Origin: Candidatus Melainabacteria bacterium 17Bon1m | Lineage (GTDB): Bacteria > Cyanobacteriota > Vampirovibrionia > Obscuribacterales > Obscuribacteraceae | Direction of reading: 5' to 3' | NCBI GenBank assembly: GCA_032128875.1 | Contig: JAVLKG010000002.1 | Coordinates: 960,001 to 1,024,000, forward strand | DNA: 64,000 bases | Shown: positions 15,498-24,965 of the stretch, piece by piece | Numbering within the stretch: the stretch's first letter is position 1 | How the letters are laid out: each line of letters begins with the position of its first letter | Translations under genes and position numbers: made by a program | Notes under the pieces: generated by a model | Told to the model about the DNA's origin: nothing | The model's database searches: none | What the model saw: the letters and a program-made list of their open reading frames with translations, nothing else

Positions 15498-18305
15498 ATG
15501 GAAAACGCAAGCAAAGAACGAATAAAGATCGCCGGCACTTATAAAAACGATCTTTTCTGTCTCCTTTGCCTGACAGTTTTTGTAATTGCTATTTTCTCCA
15601 GCACAATTTTTTCCGGCAAGGATATTTCTCGAATTGGCACTGTTGCACATCGAGACACGCTCTTTGGGCGCCTGGCGAAAGGCACTCCCGATCCGATGGA
15701 TACTTGCACGTATCAAGAACATGCGCCGAATTATCTGCTGACTGAAAGGATAATTGCCGGTGGTGATTTGCCGCTTTGGAATCCATATTTGGGCTTTGGC
15801 TGTCCGCTCTGGGCAGACTCTCAAGTTCTCGCATTCTCTCCGATAACCTGGCTGCAAGCGCCTTTTGCGTCGATGCGATTGTATAACTTGCTGATGGTTG
15901 TTCATATTTGGCTGGGTTGCCTATTTGCATATTCGTTTGCGCGCTTATTAAAACTTTCCCCACCAGCTTCTTTGCTCGCATCCATGTCTTATGGCTTGTG
16001 TCCAAACCTGCTCTACATGTTCGAGTGGAATCGCTGTCAGAGTGCCTTCTTTCCACTCCCCTTTTTTGGATTTGCCTTGTTATGGCGATACTCAACTTCT
16101 CTTTCGATTGTTGTCTGTGCCCTTTCATGCACTGCAATGGTGGTGTCTGGTCATGCGGTGCCAAGTTTCTTTGCAATTTTTCTGGCCTCCGTTATGTACT
16201 TTTCGCTATCTCTTGGGGAGCCTCAAACCCAGGCTGGGTCAGGCTTTGTGAGGCTGCCGCGAATTGCCTGTAATTTTATTTCGGTAGGCATAATTACCCT
16301 TCTTCTTTCGGCTCCATTTGTAGTACCGTTTTTGGAAGGTGTGCGTGCATCCGATACATTCAAAGCAACGCAGGGTTATGTTCGATACATTGTGCGAGCT
16401 TCGGCGCTGTTACCTTCGCTTTTTTATCCTTTCCATGGGGCTGGAAGTGTCTATGCCGGTGCGATTTCGATAATTCTTGCTGTGAGCGCCCCGTTTGTTT
16501 CCCGCCGCAATCGAAGGCTCGTCCTCCTTCTTTCAGGGGTGGCTCTTTTTATAATTTGTATTTTGACTAGACCGGGTCCGTTCGACATAGTGTTCCAATT
16601 GCCATACTTGAACTGGTTCATGGTTTTGTATGCTTTGCCTGCGCTGCTGCTATTCATCGCTGTATTAGCAGGTGCAGGCTTTGATGCACTGCTAGAAGAA
16701 GACTCTCGCTTACGCTCTGCAGCAATAATTTTTGCAGTTGCTCTACTTGCCATTGCTATGCCAACTATTTTTCAAAATATGCATTTAACTGCCAAATTTA
16801 CTCTATTGAATGATTGGGTTAAAACAATGGAAGTGAGCTCGGCTGTTCGCATTCGCGAGCTTATTATCATTGTAATTTTCTTGTCAGTTGTTTTTTCGCT
16901 ATCTAAATGTCCTGCAAATTTGAGAAGCAAACTGATACTTTGCCTGATTGTTTTGAACGCTGTAAGTTTGTCGTTTACCATTCGCAAGTCACTGCCGGCT
17001 CGCCCTGCATTCGCTTACGAGGCAGTGGAACCGCTCGGCTTTCTCCGGTCGCAAGGACGGCGCGTGATCAGTATGGGCAGACATGTGCTCGTGCCGAATA
17101 CGAGTCAGATTTTTTCCGTCTCTAATGTTCTTTCGTTTATGCCGACGCACCCGAAGGGTGTTCCGTCATTTTTAGAAGCGATGGGAATCACTCTTGAGGG
17201 TGTGAGCCAGTTTGCTGAAAAGCCGCTGACCAGGCTTGTTGATATCGGTGCTGTCAAGTATGCAGTAGCCAGTGAGCCGGTTCTCTCTGCAGAGGATAAA
17301 TTGCCTGAGGCAGTCGGTGTGTCTGTGAATGGTGGCATCAGTTTCAGTTCGCATGTAAATCTTGTCGGCTACGGACTACAACTGGACGCAAGCAATCAGG
17401 ATATTGTCGGCAGGTTGAAGTGGAAACTATCGAGCGTCCGCGAAAAGTCGTCCGCCGTATTTATGGTTATGTTGCTAAAACCTGATGGTTCCGTTCTTTG
17501 GATTGGCGACCGCCATTCGATTGATGAAGCTAAAGAATCATATGTCACAGCATCTATACCAAAATCGGTGAAACCTGGCGATGAAGTTTGCTTGATTATG
17601 CAGGTGCTCGATTTATCTAGTATGAAGCTTCTATCGGCTTCAAATGCGCCAGCAAGCATGCAGTTCTTGCCCAGTCCAAATTCTCTTTTGCTGGGACGAT
17701 TTAAAGTGCCGGAGAAAGCCCCATCTACCAATCGGCAATTTCGGCTTGTCCATGAGACGGCACCAGAGATGGTGCGCGTGTACGAGAATAAATCTTGTTT
17801 GCCTGAAGCTTACATGGTCACCGCGACACATACGGTGGGCTCGATTGAAGAAGCTTTGTCGCAGATGTTGAAGCCCGGGTTTGATCCAAAGACTGTCGCT
17901 GTAGTTGAGGGATCAGATATTCGGTCATCAGGTCTGAAACCTGGTGAAGCGAATACATCCGGTGCAACCCTTATCGAAGCGAAAGTGAGTCGCTCAGGAG
18001 TCAACGAGGTACTCGTCGAAGCAGAGCCAAAACAGCCATCGTTGCTTGTTCTTACTGATGTCTGCTTTCCTGGCTGGCGGGTAACTATTGACGGGAGGGA
18101 TGCTCCAATCATTCGTGCTAACGGAGTGTTTCGGGGCGTTTTTCTTGAGGCTGGCCATCATAAACTGCGATTTTTCTTTGACCCAATCAGCGTCAAGATC
18201 GGTTTTGCAATGTTTTTCCTAGGGCTTATATTTGTTCTTTTTCTTTTGCGTCCATTGCGAAGTTTCACAAAAAAGCCCTTGGACAGTGGGCCTGAGCCTT
18301 CCTGA
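15498..18305 (+). CDS. YfhO-family (GT-C fold) polytopic membrane protein
   Basis: PLWNPYLGFGCP, many TM segments, C-terminal FPGWRVTIDG...RANGVFRGV...GHH; start inferred at ATG 15498. Confidence 0.85.
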   Translation: MENASKERIKIAGTYKNDLFCLLCLTVFVIAIFSSTIFSGKDISRIGTVAHRDTLFGRLAKGTPDPMDTCTYQEHAPNYLLTERIIAGGDLPLWNPYLGFGCPLWADSQVLAFSPITWLQAPFASMRLYNLLMVVHIWLGCLFAYSFARLLKLSPPASLLASMSYGLCPNLLYMFEWNRCQSAFFPLPFFGFALLWRYSTSLSIVVCALSCTAMVVSGHAVPSFFAIFLASVMYFSLSLGEPQTQAGSGFVRLPRIACNFISVGIITLLLSAPFVVPFLEGVRASDTFKATQGYVRYIVRASALLPSLFYPFHGAGSVYAGAISIILAVSAPFVSRRNRRLVLLLSGVALFIICILTRPGPFDIVFQLPYLNWFMVLYALPALLLFIAVLAGAGFDALLEEDSRLRSAAIIFAVALLAIAMPTIFQNMHLTAKFTLLNDWVKTMEVSSAVRIRELIIIVIFLSVVFSLSKCPANLRSKLILCLIVLNAVSLSFTIRKSLPARPAFAYEAVEPLGFLRSQGRRVISMGRHVLVPNTSQIFSVSNVLSFMPTHPKGVPSFLEAMGITLEGVSQFAEKPLTRLVDIGAVKYAVASEPVLSAEDKLPEAVGVSVNGGISFSSHVNLVGYGLQLDASNQDIVGRLKWKLSSVREKSSAVFMVMLLKPDGSVLWIGDRHSIDEAKESYVTASIPKSVKPGDEVCLIMQVLDLSSMKLLSASNAPASMQFLPSPNSLLLGRFKVPEKAPSTNRQFRLVHETAPEMVRVYENKSCLPEAYMVTATHTVGSIEEALSQMLKPGFDPKTVAVVEGSDIRSSGLKPGEANTSGATLIEAKVSRSGVNEVLVEAEPKQPSLLVLTDVCFPGWRVTIDGRDAPIIRANGVFRGVFLEAGHHKLRFFFDPISVKIGFAMFFLGLIFVLFLLRPLRSFTKKPLDSGPEPS

Positions 18306-18474
18306 ATCGCTCGAGCGAGTGTCGAATAATTTCTTGCTGTGGTGCCGGCCTCCCTCGATAGCTGGTTCCCCTCTTGCGACTAAGCCGCTAGAATAAAGAT
18401 AGGTAGTAAAGGCATCCGGTTTCCTGTTTTTATTTTTGAATTGGGCTCTGCTCCGAGCGAGTGAACCTTTTAGT

Positions 18475-18948
18475 ATGACCGGCTCCGATAACCACACACC
18501 AGAAGAAAGGCTGCAAAGAGCCTTGTCCACGCTTGAAGAGATGGTCGGCGAAGACCATCCACATACGGTTTTAGCCCGAATGCGCCTGGGTGATTACTAT
18601 TACGAGAATGCTCAGTACACCCGATGTAAACCGTTTTACACGACCGTTTTAGAAAAATACAGCCAAATTTACGGTCCAGACACTATCGAGACCGCCATGG
18701 CTACTCATAAGTTGGCTTTGCTCTATCATGCTTTGGAGCAATATGACAAAGCTGAGCCCCTATACAATGAGGCTCTTCGCGTTCTTAGAATCGAGCGAGG
18801 CGACTATCACCAAGATGTGCTCGGTGTTTTGAAAGATCTGGCTACGATGCTCCAGATGATGAACCGCGATGAAGAGGCTCAAGAGCTCCTGAATTTTGCG
18901 CAGGACCATTTGTCTGGTCGCTGGAAAACCATTCCCTACGAGGCTTAG
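18475..18948 (+). CDS. TPR protein (kinesin-light-chain-like repeats)
   Basis: GEDHPHT, LALLYHALEQYDKAEPLYNEAL repeats. Confidence 0.8.
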   Translation: MTGSDNHTPEERLQRALSTLEEMVGEDHPHTVLARMRLGDYYYENAQYTRCKPFYTTVLEKYSQIYGPDTIETAMATHKLALLYHALEQYDKAEPLYNEALRVLRIERGDYHQDVLGVLKDLATMLQMMNRDEEAQELLNFAQDHLSGRWKTIPYEA

Positions 18949-19019
18949 CGGGTTTTTGCCCGTATTTGGACCCTAATAGCACTTCTAGAAGTTAAACGGA
19001 TAACGATTAAACTTCTAGG

Positions 19020-19826
19020 TCAACTTTGGGGCTGGCTCGACTCTTCTTTTTCAAGCCTGGTAAGGACTTCCACTAATTCGTCGTGGATTTTACCGTTGGT
19101 AGCCAGGATGTGTCCGGTGGCAATATCGAGCGGGCCGCCGGCAAGGTTGCTTACCTTTCCGCCTGCTTCCTCGACAATCAAGCTTCCGGCTCCGATGTCC
19201 CAGGGCGCAAGCTTCATTTCCCAGAATCCATCCAGTCTTCCTGATGCGACATAGCACAGGTCGAGAGCGGCTGAGCCATCCCTGCGCACGCCGTGAGTTT
19301 GATCGGTAAGAGTCTTGAATTGAAGGATATTGGTTCGCAAAGCTTTGCTCGTGTCTGGTGGAAACCCGGTGGCAAGCAGGCTGGTTTGCAGGTCTTTAGC
19401 ATCGGACACAAACAATCGCTCATCATTGAGATAAGCTCCCTGACCGGGCTCGGCTGCAAACAATTCATCGGTCATGGGGTTATAGACAATGCCTAGAATG
19501 CGCTTGCCTTCTTCTTCCAGTCCAATTGAAACCGAGAAAAACGGATAGGTGTGGGCGTAATTTGTCGTGCCATCCAAAGGGTCGATAAGCCAGCGTCTTT
19601 TGGACGTCTGTCCTTTGGTGAAGCCGCTTTCTTCTGCAAGCACGTCGTCTTCAGGAAATTCGTCTTTGATGATGGAGAAAATCTTTGCTTCTGATGCTTT
19701 ATCGACGTCGGTGACGATGTTGTAAGCGGCTTTGTAATCTATTACTCGGACATCCCCAAGTCTCTCTTTGAGGATTTTGCCGGCTTCCAAAGCTGCTCTT
19801 GTCGCTATCTTTCGTGCGTTTTTCAA
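19020..19826 (-). CDS. suhB: Inositol monophosphatase family protein
   Basis: WLIDPLDGTTNYAH, RRDGSAALDLCYVASGRLDGFWE, WDIGAG. Confidence 0.92.
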   Translation of the reverse strand: MKNARKIATRAALEAGKILKERLGDVRVIDYKAAYNIVTDVDKASEAKIFSIIKDEFPEDDVLAEESGFTKGQTSKRRWLIDPLDGTTNYAHTYPFFSVSIGLEEEGKRILGIVYNPMTDELFAAEPGQGAYLNDERLFVSDAKDLQTSLLATGFPPDTSKALRTNILQFKTLTDQTHGVRRDGSAALDLCYVASGRLDGFWEMKLAPWDIGAGSLIVEEAGGKVSNLAGGPLDIATGHILATNGKIHDELVEVLTRLEKEESSQPQS

Positions 19827-19942
19827 AATTTGAGATTCTCTTTTGATGTAATGGGGTGCCGAAAAGCCTCTAAATTCGCTTGTAGTTTACTCGACGGCCG
19901 GACAAGTCGATATAAGAAACATTAACCGGCATGCCTAGCCGC

Positions 19943-19972
19943 TTGACGATTATCCGGCCAGCTAATTATGCT
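19943..19972 (+). promoter_or_regulatory. Putative sigma70-type promoter of the ileS leader
   Basis: TTGACG (19943-48), N18, TATGCT (19967-72). Confidence 0.5.
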
Positions 19973-20017
19973 GGTGAATCTCGCTGCAATTGATGCGGCG
20001 ACCGTTCGCTTGTCAGT

Positions 20018-20077
20018 ATGAGTTTTGCGCAAATGTTCACCCAGCAGGCAATTTCGGCGATTATTATCCTTGATTGA
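20018..20077 (+). CDS. Putative Ile-rich leader peptide MSFAQMFTQQAISAIIILD (alternative start ATG 20033)
   Basis: Ile codons ATT (20051) and ATT-ATT-ATC (20060-68) just before the stop, upstream of antiterminator/terminator hairpins and ileS. Confidence 0.75.
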   Translation: MSFAQMFTQQAISAIIILD

Positions 20078-20104
20078 GGCTGGCTGCAGGTTCAAAGATT
20101 GACT

Positions 20105-20141
20105 GCCGCCGGTTGGGTTAGACTGGCGGTTCGTTTTTTTT
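20105..20141 (+). terminator. Attenuator terminator upstream of ileS
   Basis: GCCGCCGGTT-GGGTTA-GACTGGCGGT stem followed by TCGTTTTTTTT, about 55 nt before the ileS ATG. Confidence 0.8.
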
Positions 20142-20194
20142 GACCCAGCGCAAACCAAGTAGCAACTAGTCACAGAGACTCCGGAGCACAAACC

Positions 20195-23014
20195 ATGAGT
20201 GATTACAGCTTGAATCTCCCTCAAACAGACTTTCCGATGAAGGCCAACAGTGCCGTCAGGGAAGTTGAGATTCAAAAGCGTTGGGATGCCGATGACGTAT
20301 ACGCCAAAGCCATGAAGAAGCGAGAATCGAGCGATAAATTCGTATTGCATGATGGACCGCCTTATTTGAGCAGCAGCAAAATTCACATCGGTACCGCACT
20401 GAATAAAGTGCTCAAAGACATCGTCTGCAAGTACAAAAATCAAAAAGGCTTCTATTCGCCTTATGTACCTGGATACGACAGCCACGGCTTGCCAATCGAG
20501 AACGCTGCACTCAAAGATGTGAAGGGTGGCAGGCACTCCATCACTCCGGTCGAATTGCGAAAACGCTGCAGAGAATTTGCTTTGTCTAATTTGAAAGGGC
20601 AGGAAGCAAACTTCCGCAGATTGGGCGTCTGGGGCGATTGGGAGCATCCTTATATAACCCTTGATCAAAAATTTGAAGCCGCGCAAATTCGCGTCTTCGG
20701 ACAGATGGCGACCAAGGGCTTCCTCTACAAAGGTCTAAAATCAGTGTCGTGGTGTCCCACTTGCGAAACCGCACTGGCTGAAGCTGAAGTTGAATATGCC
20801 GATCATAAATCGAATTCGATCTATGTAAAATTCGAAGTCGCTCCGCAGTCCAGAGCGAAGTTGCCGAAATTTATCAAGGATGAAGATCAAGTCAATTTCG
20901 TCATCTGGACAACCACTCCCTGGACACTTCCTGCCAACTTGGGCGTGGCTCTGCATCCTGATTTCAACTATCAATTCTTGAAGACGAAAGATCACGGAGT
21001 GCTAGTTGTTTCCGAAGGGCTGAAAGATGCTTTCTTGAGCACGACCGGTGTTGGTGACGTGGAAGTGCTTGGCGATGCGCTAGGCAAAGAGCTCGAACTA
21101 ATCGAGACAAAACATCCATTTATCGATCGCACCAGCCTTGTCGTGTTGGGCGGCCACGTGACCAATGAAACAGGTACCGGCGTCGTTCACACTGCGCCCG
21201 GACACGGTCCTGAAGACTTCGAGTTGGGTGCTAAGTACAAACTGGGAGTCGTTTCGCCAGTTGATGAGCGAGGCATCTTCACCGATGAAGCCGGCCAATT
21301 CAAAGGGCAGTTCTACGAAAAGGCTAACCAACCCATTCTCGATCACCTCACTGAATTGGGCAAACTGATCCATCACAGCACATATAGTCACAGTTATCCG
21401 CACTGCTGGCGGTGCAAAAAACCACTGATTTTCAGAGCTACAGAACAATGGTTTGCGTCGGTTGATGGTTTCAGAAAAGATGCATTGAAAGCTATCGACA
21501 GCGTGCAATGGATTCCGGAGTCAGGTCGCAATCGTATCTTCAATATGGTGGAAAACCGTTCCGACTGGTGCATCAGCCGTCAGCGTGCCTGGGGTGTTCC
21601 AATCCCTGTCTTCTATTGCGAAAAATGCAATAAGCATTTGATGACTGCTGAAAGTATCGAAAAGGTTGCTGCGGCATTCGAAAAATACGGCTCTGATTCG
21701 TGGTGGGAAAAGTCGCCGAGAGAACTGATTGGTGATCTCAAATGCGAGTGCGGTCATGGTGAATTCCGCAAGGAAAGCGACATCATGGATGTTTGGTTCG
21801 ATTCTGGAACCACATGGCATGGTGTTCTGGACATGCGCAAAGATCAATTGAGAGGCGCACCATGCGAACTTTATTTGGAGGGTTCGGATCAGCACCGCGG
21901 ATGGTTCCAATCTTCTTTGCTGACTTCCGTGGCGGTTAGCGGAAAGGCACCATATAAGACCGTTTTGACTCATGGCTTCGTTGTTGATGAAACAGGCAGA
22001 AAGATGTCCAAATCGATGGGCAATGTCGTTGAGCCCGATGAAGTAATCAAACAGTACGGTGCCGACGTACTCAGACTCTGGGTTGCTTCGGTTAACTACA
22101 CCGATGACATTCCGATCGGCAAAAACATGCTTGCCCAGTTGGCTGAGGTTTATCGCAAACTGCGCAACACGGCGCGTTACTTGCTCGGTAATTTGAGTGA
22201 TTTCAATCCCAAGACCGACCGTGTCGCTTATGAAAAACTATCGCCAATTGATCAGTTCATCTTGCACAGACTAAGCAGTCTTGTGAAGGAAGTAACTGAA
22301 GATTTCGACCGCTTCGAATTCTTCAAGTACTATCAACTTCTGCAGAATTTTTGCGTAGTTGATCTTTCCAGCTTCTACTTCGATATCGCCAAAGACAGGC
22401 TCTACACGGGTGGTAAGACTTCCGAGTCGAGACGTGCAGTGCAAACAGTGCTGGAAGAAGTACTTTTGACTCTGGTGCGTATCATTGCTCCGGTCGCGCC
22501 CCACCTTGCCGATGACATCTGGCAGCATTTGCCTGAAGCAATCAGAAAATTCGAAGCAACTGAAACCAGTGTTTTGCTTACGGATTTCCCGGTCGCTCAA
22601 GCACGCTATGTTGATGAAACTCTTTCTCAATTGTTCGAATCTCTCATCGATGTTCGTGAGACCGTCAATAAAGCGTTGGAGCAAGCACGTGCGGATAAGA
22701 AAATCGGCAAGTCGACCGAGGCTCAAGTTCTCATCGCCATTGAAAACGCCGAGTTGAGAAAGAAAGTTGAATCTCTTGGCTCTGATTTGCCGGGCTTTTT
22801 CATCACTTCGCAAGCTACTGTGCAAGCGGAAGTGAATGGAAAGGCTTCAGGAACACGCTTGTCCGAGGTGAAGGAAAACGGCTTGACAGTTGTCGTTTTC
22901 AACGCCGAAGGTACGAAGTGTGCGCGTTGCTGGAAATTCAAAACTGAAGTTGGCAGCTTGAAAGAAAATCCTGAGCTTTGCACGTCCTGCCTGGAAGCGC
23001 TCAAAGAGAGCTAA
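20195..23014 (+). CDS. ileS: Isoleucine--tRNA ligase (type 1, C-terminal Zn finger)
   Basis: LHDGPPY, HIGT, WTTTPWTLPAN, DWCISRQR, EGSDQHRGWF, KMSKS, CARCW...CTSC. Confidence 0.98.
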   Translation: MSDYSLNLPQTDFPMKANSAVREVEIQKRWDADDVYAKAMKKRESSDKFVLHDGPPYLSSSKIHIGTALNKVLKDIVCKYKNQKGFYSPYVPGYDSHGLPIENAALKDVKGGRHSITPVELRKRCREFALSNLKGQEANFRRLGVWGDWEHPYITLDQKFEAAQIRVFGQMATKGFLYKGLKSVSWCPTCETALAEAEVEYADHKSNSIYVKFEVAPQSRAKLPKFIKDEDQVNFVIWTTTPWTLPANLGVALHPDFNYQFLKTKDHGVLVVSEGLKDAFLSTTGVGDVEVLGDALGKELELIETKHPFIDRTSLVVLGGHVTNETGTGVVHTAPGHGPEDFELGAKYKLGVVSPVDERGIFTDEAGQFKGQFYEKANQPILDHLTELGKLIHHSTYSHSYPHCWRCKKPLIFRATEQWFASVDGFRKDALKAIDSVQWIPESGRNRIFNMVENRSDWCISRQRAWGVPIPVFYCEKCNKHLMTAESIEKVAAAFEKYGSDSWWEKSPRELIGDLKCECGHGEFRKESDIMDVWFDSGTTWHGVLDMRKDQLRGAPCELYLEGSDQHRGWFQSSLLTSVAVSGKAPYKTVLTHGFVVDETGRKMSKSMGNVVEPDEVIKQYGADVLRLWVASVNYTDDIPIGKNMLAQLAEVYRKLRNTARYLLGNLSDFNPKTDRVAYEKLSPIDQFILHRLSSLVKEVTEDFDRFEFFKYYQLLQNFCVVDLSSFYFDIAKDRLYTGGKTSESRRAVQTVLEEVLLTLVRIIAPVAPHLADDIWQHLPEAIRKFEATETSVLLTDFPVAQARYVDETLSQLFESLIDVRETVNKALEQARADKKIGKSTEAQVLIAIENAELRKKVESLGSDLPGFFITSQATVQAEVNGKASGTRLSEVKENGLTVVVFNAEGTKCARCWKFKTEVGSLKENPELCTSCLEALKES

Positions 23015-23178
23015 GTCGAGGCTCAGACTTTCAAGGCGTCTGATATAGATGTCACCTGGGATCTTCATCCGGCAAGCTTGGGGAAAACCTCATTGTGCAA
23101 GCCTGACTTCGTATTGATTTAGGGGTATAAATAAGTTGTGACCTCAGGTTTGTCCCGCGCTCTTCAAGTAGTGAAGTC

Positions 23179-24951
23179 TTGTCAAAAGACGATATAGAAA
23201 GCCAAGTCAAAAAATGTCGCGAGCAGCTCAAGGATGCTCAGGATTTCTATTGGCAATCACGATTTCAAGAGTCTGAAGCACTGTACAAAGAGTGTCTGGC
23301 TAAGCTTGATCACATCTTCCCCGGCTACAGTCCTGAGACCGCAACCTGTTTGCAAGGATTGGGCGACACATATTATTTCCAGAGTCGCTACCTGGCAGCC
23401 TTAGACCACTACAAGCGCCTTCTCTCCATGCGCGAAAGACTGGCCGCCAATGATCCGCAAGGATTGGTTACGGCTCTCATAAAAATGGCCAAGACTTCCG
23501 AAAAGCTCAATGAGCCGGAAGAAGCATTGCGTTTCTACAGAAGAGCTTTGGAAGTCGCTCAAGTTTCTCTCTTTATCGGACATCCGGTTTTGACTAGTTT
23601 GCTCGAGTCATACCATGCCTTTTTGAAACGTTCTCAAGGCGATTCGGGTATGGCGGCCGATATCGAGAAAAAGTTGAAAATGTCTCGGGAGAGATACACA
23701 GAAGAAGAGCTTTCCAAAATCATGGGCAGCCCGGACAAACAGGCTCAGGGGCGCAATGCTCCGCAAGAGCCTGTTGAGGAAGAAGCTCATATAGTCGATG
23801 TCGACCATCCTCTGTATGAAGGCAAGGTGCCAAATAACAGCATTATGGGTGTGGTCTGGATCGTTGTCGTCGTGGTGGCAGTGATCTCCATGGCTGGTGC
23901 AGGTGTTTATTTCGGCGCCCAACTCGGCGAAGGTCCTCAGTATGCCTGTGTGAAAACAGGTCAGAAATTTTTGACACTTGATGAAGACAAACAGATCAGT
24001 GTTGGTTCCAACAACAGCGTTGATATGACGCTGAACGGAACAACCAGTAAAGTCAATTGCCGCACATTGAGCAATCCTGCTAGCGGATTGATGTTTGCGA
24101 TTACCGATTTCGCAGGCAAACAGCCGCTCTATGTGAAAACCCCCGAGGTTATTTCAGATCCTGCCGGGGTCTTACTCTACGCCAGTGATGCGCCTGAGTG
24201 GCAGACTATTCAAGCGATGAAGGGAGTAGCCTCCACCATCAAGCTCTATGTGACTAAAAACAAGAAAATGCCGGAGCAACTGGAAGAGCTTATCGAGTTA
24301 AAAAACCCCGAGTATCATAATCCCTTCTCCGGGATGCGGAATTTACCGGCAGTCTCTTCCGGTACATATGGTCCAGAAGGCAATGTAGAAAAGGTTCAAG
24401 AAGCGCTGGTAGCAACAAAGCAGCTTGATACCAGAAAGCTGGATCCAAAACTCCTGACACTTTCTCTGCCGAAAGTCGTGTCACCAGGGGCGGTGCTGGC
24501 GATTTGCTTGCAGGGTGATGACAAAAAACCTTCCTCATTTTTTGTCGTCGGTGCGGACCGCACAGGACAGCTCTTTCGCAACTGTGACAATACGGGCGCA
24601 CTGGTTTTGAGAGGTGAGCCGGACGGCACTTCTCACTTCGTGTGCCCGCTTACATTGCACAAAGATTTGCCCAGGGAAAATTCCATTGTCGTCTCGATTC
24701 GCTCGAGCAAAAGATTTGCCACCTTGCTTGGCATGGTAATTGCAGACGTGGTTTTGATTATTCCGATCATCGTCGGATGGATTGTTCTTCAGAACTTTAC
24801 GGATAACACAATGATTGGTTACGGCACGATGAGCCAGAAAACCAAGAAGATTAAGGGCGCCAGATGGATTTACTTCCCGTTTGTTATGCTGTACATCGCA
24901 TACACGCTTCTGGTTCTCGGTGAGTTTGTTATTGGTGGCATCATTCCGTAG
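23179..24951 (+). CDS. Membrane protein with N-terminal TPR domain, a central TM helix, extracytoplasmic domain and two C-terminal TMs
   Basis: TPR-like ETATCLQGLGDTYYFQSRY; TM GVVWIVVVVVAVISMAGAGVYF. Confidence 0.75.
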   Translation: MSKDDIESQVKKCREQLKDAQDFYWQSRFQESEALYKECLAKLDHIFPGYSPETATCLQGLGDTYYFQSRYLAALDHYKRLLSMRERLAANDPQGLVTALIKMAKTSEKLNEPEEALRFYRRALEVAQVSLFIGHPVLTSLLESYHAFLKRSQGDSGMAADIEKKLKMSRERYTEEELSKIMGSPDKQAQGRNAPQEPVEEEAHIVDVDHPLYEGKVPNNSIMGVVWIVVVVVAVISMAGAGVYFGAQLGEGPQYACVKTGQKFLTLDEDKQISVGSNNSVDMTLNGTTSKVNCRTLSNPASGLMFAITDFAGKQPLYVKTPEVISDPAGVLLYASDAPEWQTIQAMKGVASTIKLYVTKNKKMPEQLEELIELKNPEYHNPFSGMRNLPAVSSGTYGPEGNVEKVQEALVATKQLDTRKLDPKLLTLSLPKVVSPGAVLAICLQGDDKKPSSFFVVGADRTGQLFRNCDNTGALVLRGEPDGTSHFVCPLTLHKDLPRENSIVVSIRSSKRFATLLGMVIADVVLIIPIIVGWIVLQNFTDNTMIGYGTMSQKTKKIKGARWIYFPFVMLYIAYTLLVLGEFVIGGIIP

Positions 24952-24965
24952 CGAGCCGCGCTTCC

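Noticed and set aside
19931-19993. Second short ORF (MPSRLTIIRPANYAGESRCN) as the ileS leader peptide
   Set aside because: It overlaps the predicted promoter and is too far from the antiterminator to control it.
19980-20141. T-box riboswitch upstream of ileS
   Set aside because: There is no GGTGGNACC T-box consensus or recognisable specifier stem; a leader-peptide attenuator fits better.
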